A DNA stretch of 64,000 bases from Myxococcota bacterium (GTDB lineage: Bacteria; Myxococcota_A; UBA9042; PHBI01; JBMYRH01): contig JBMYRH010000014.1 in assembly GCA_049602155.1 (NCBI GenBank), positions 99,860-163,859 of the forward strand, read 5' to 3'. Positions within the stretch are counted from its first letter, which is position 1. The number at the start of each line of letters is the position of its first letter. Positions 63,624 to 64,000 of the stretch are shown piece after piece. A model generated the notes under the pieces. The model was not told the origin of the DNA, did no database searches, and saw only the letters and a list, made by a program, of their open reading frames with translations. The position numbers were made by a program, and so were the translations under genes.

Positions 63624-64000
63624 ATGCCCTCTCCTTGGGAGCACCTCGGCCGAACGTGGCTGAACACGCGCGGGTTTGCGAGCCGCTTTATTCGGACGCC
63701 TGTAGGGAAGCAGCACTACTTCGAGTGCGGTGCAGAGGACCCGGCGCGCCCGACCTTGGTCGCCCTCCATGGGCTCAGCTCCGGGGCGACCCCGATGGGG
63801 CCCGTCCTGCGTAAACTCACCTCGCATTATGGGCGCATCATCGCACCTGACATGGCCGGTCATGGGTTCAGTGATGACCCAGACTCCCTGACGGTGGACG
63901 CCATCTACGAGGGCATCATCCCGCTGCTCGAGTCGGCCCTTAAGGGCCCAGCGGTCTTCTTCGGCCACTCCCTGGGTGGGGCTGTCTCGTTGCGGATCGC
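63624..64000 (+). CDS. alpha/beta-hydrolase fold protein, N-terminal fragment (runs off the window)
   Basis: The ATG at 63624 gives MPSPWEHLG...PTLVALHGLSSGATPMGPV...FFGHSLGGAV, a GxSxG nucleophile elbow. The supplied ORF track does not list it because no stop falls inside the window. Confidence 0.55.
   Translation, partial: MPSPWEHLGRTWLNTRGFASRFIRTPVGKQHYFECGAEDPARPTLVALHGLSSGATPMGPVLRKLTSHYGRIIAPDMAGHGFSDDPDSLTVDAIYEGIIPLLESALKGPAVFFGHSLGGAVSLRI

Overview
This window is high-GC (about 62%) and gene-dense on both strands. Its gene content points to a Myxococcota or Bradymonadota-type delta-proteobacterium. The evidence is two proteins ending in MYXO-CTERM-like tails, choice-of-anchor-D-like repeats, MopE-like metal-binding repeats, a sigma-54 enhancer-binding regulator, and a complete T2SS gene cluster. 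I see four blocks.

1. An accessory surface block (1..21000). It holds a C-type-lectin fragment, three tandem giant lipoproteins of 1187, 1087 and 1344 aa built from repeated modules, a Kelch lipoprotein, and two MYXO-CTERM proteins. One of the MYXO-CTERM genes sits behind a consensus sigma-54 promoter.

2. A compact RiPP-like operon (23603..25776). A small Cys-rich precursor with a twin-arginine signal and a probable lipobox is translationally coupled to a DUF692 (MbnB-like) gene and a DUF2063 (MbnC-like) gene. This is the bufferin or methanobactin-like architecture. An M18 aminopeptidase follows it.

3. A complete 12-gene type II secretion cluster, gspCDEFGHIJKLMN (32527..47456). A sigma-54-like promoter lies upstream. 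GspD has Lys/Ser-rich inserts, GspN has a poly-Asp/Glu tail, and an aldehyde dehydrogenase is translationally coupled to the end of the cluster.

4. Housekeeping genes: rsmB, xerC-hslV-hslU, argD, coaE, an L,D-transpeptidase and a CorC/HlyC transporter.

I found no rRNA, tRNA, CRISPR array, transposase or prophage signal. All calls come from reading the translations and the DNA by eye. I ran no database searches.
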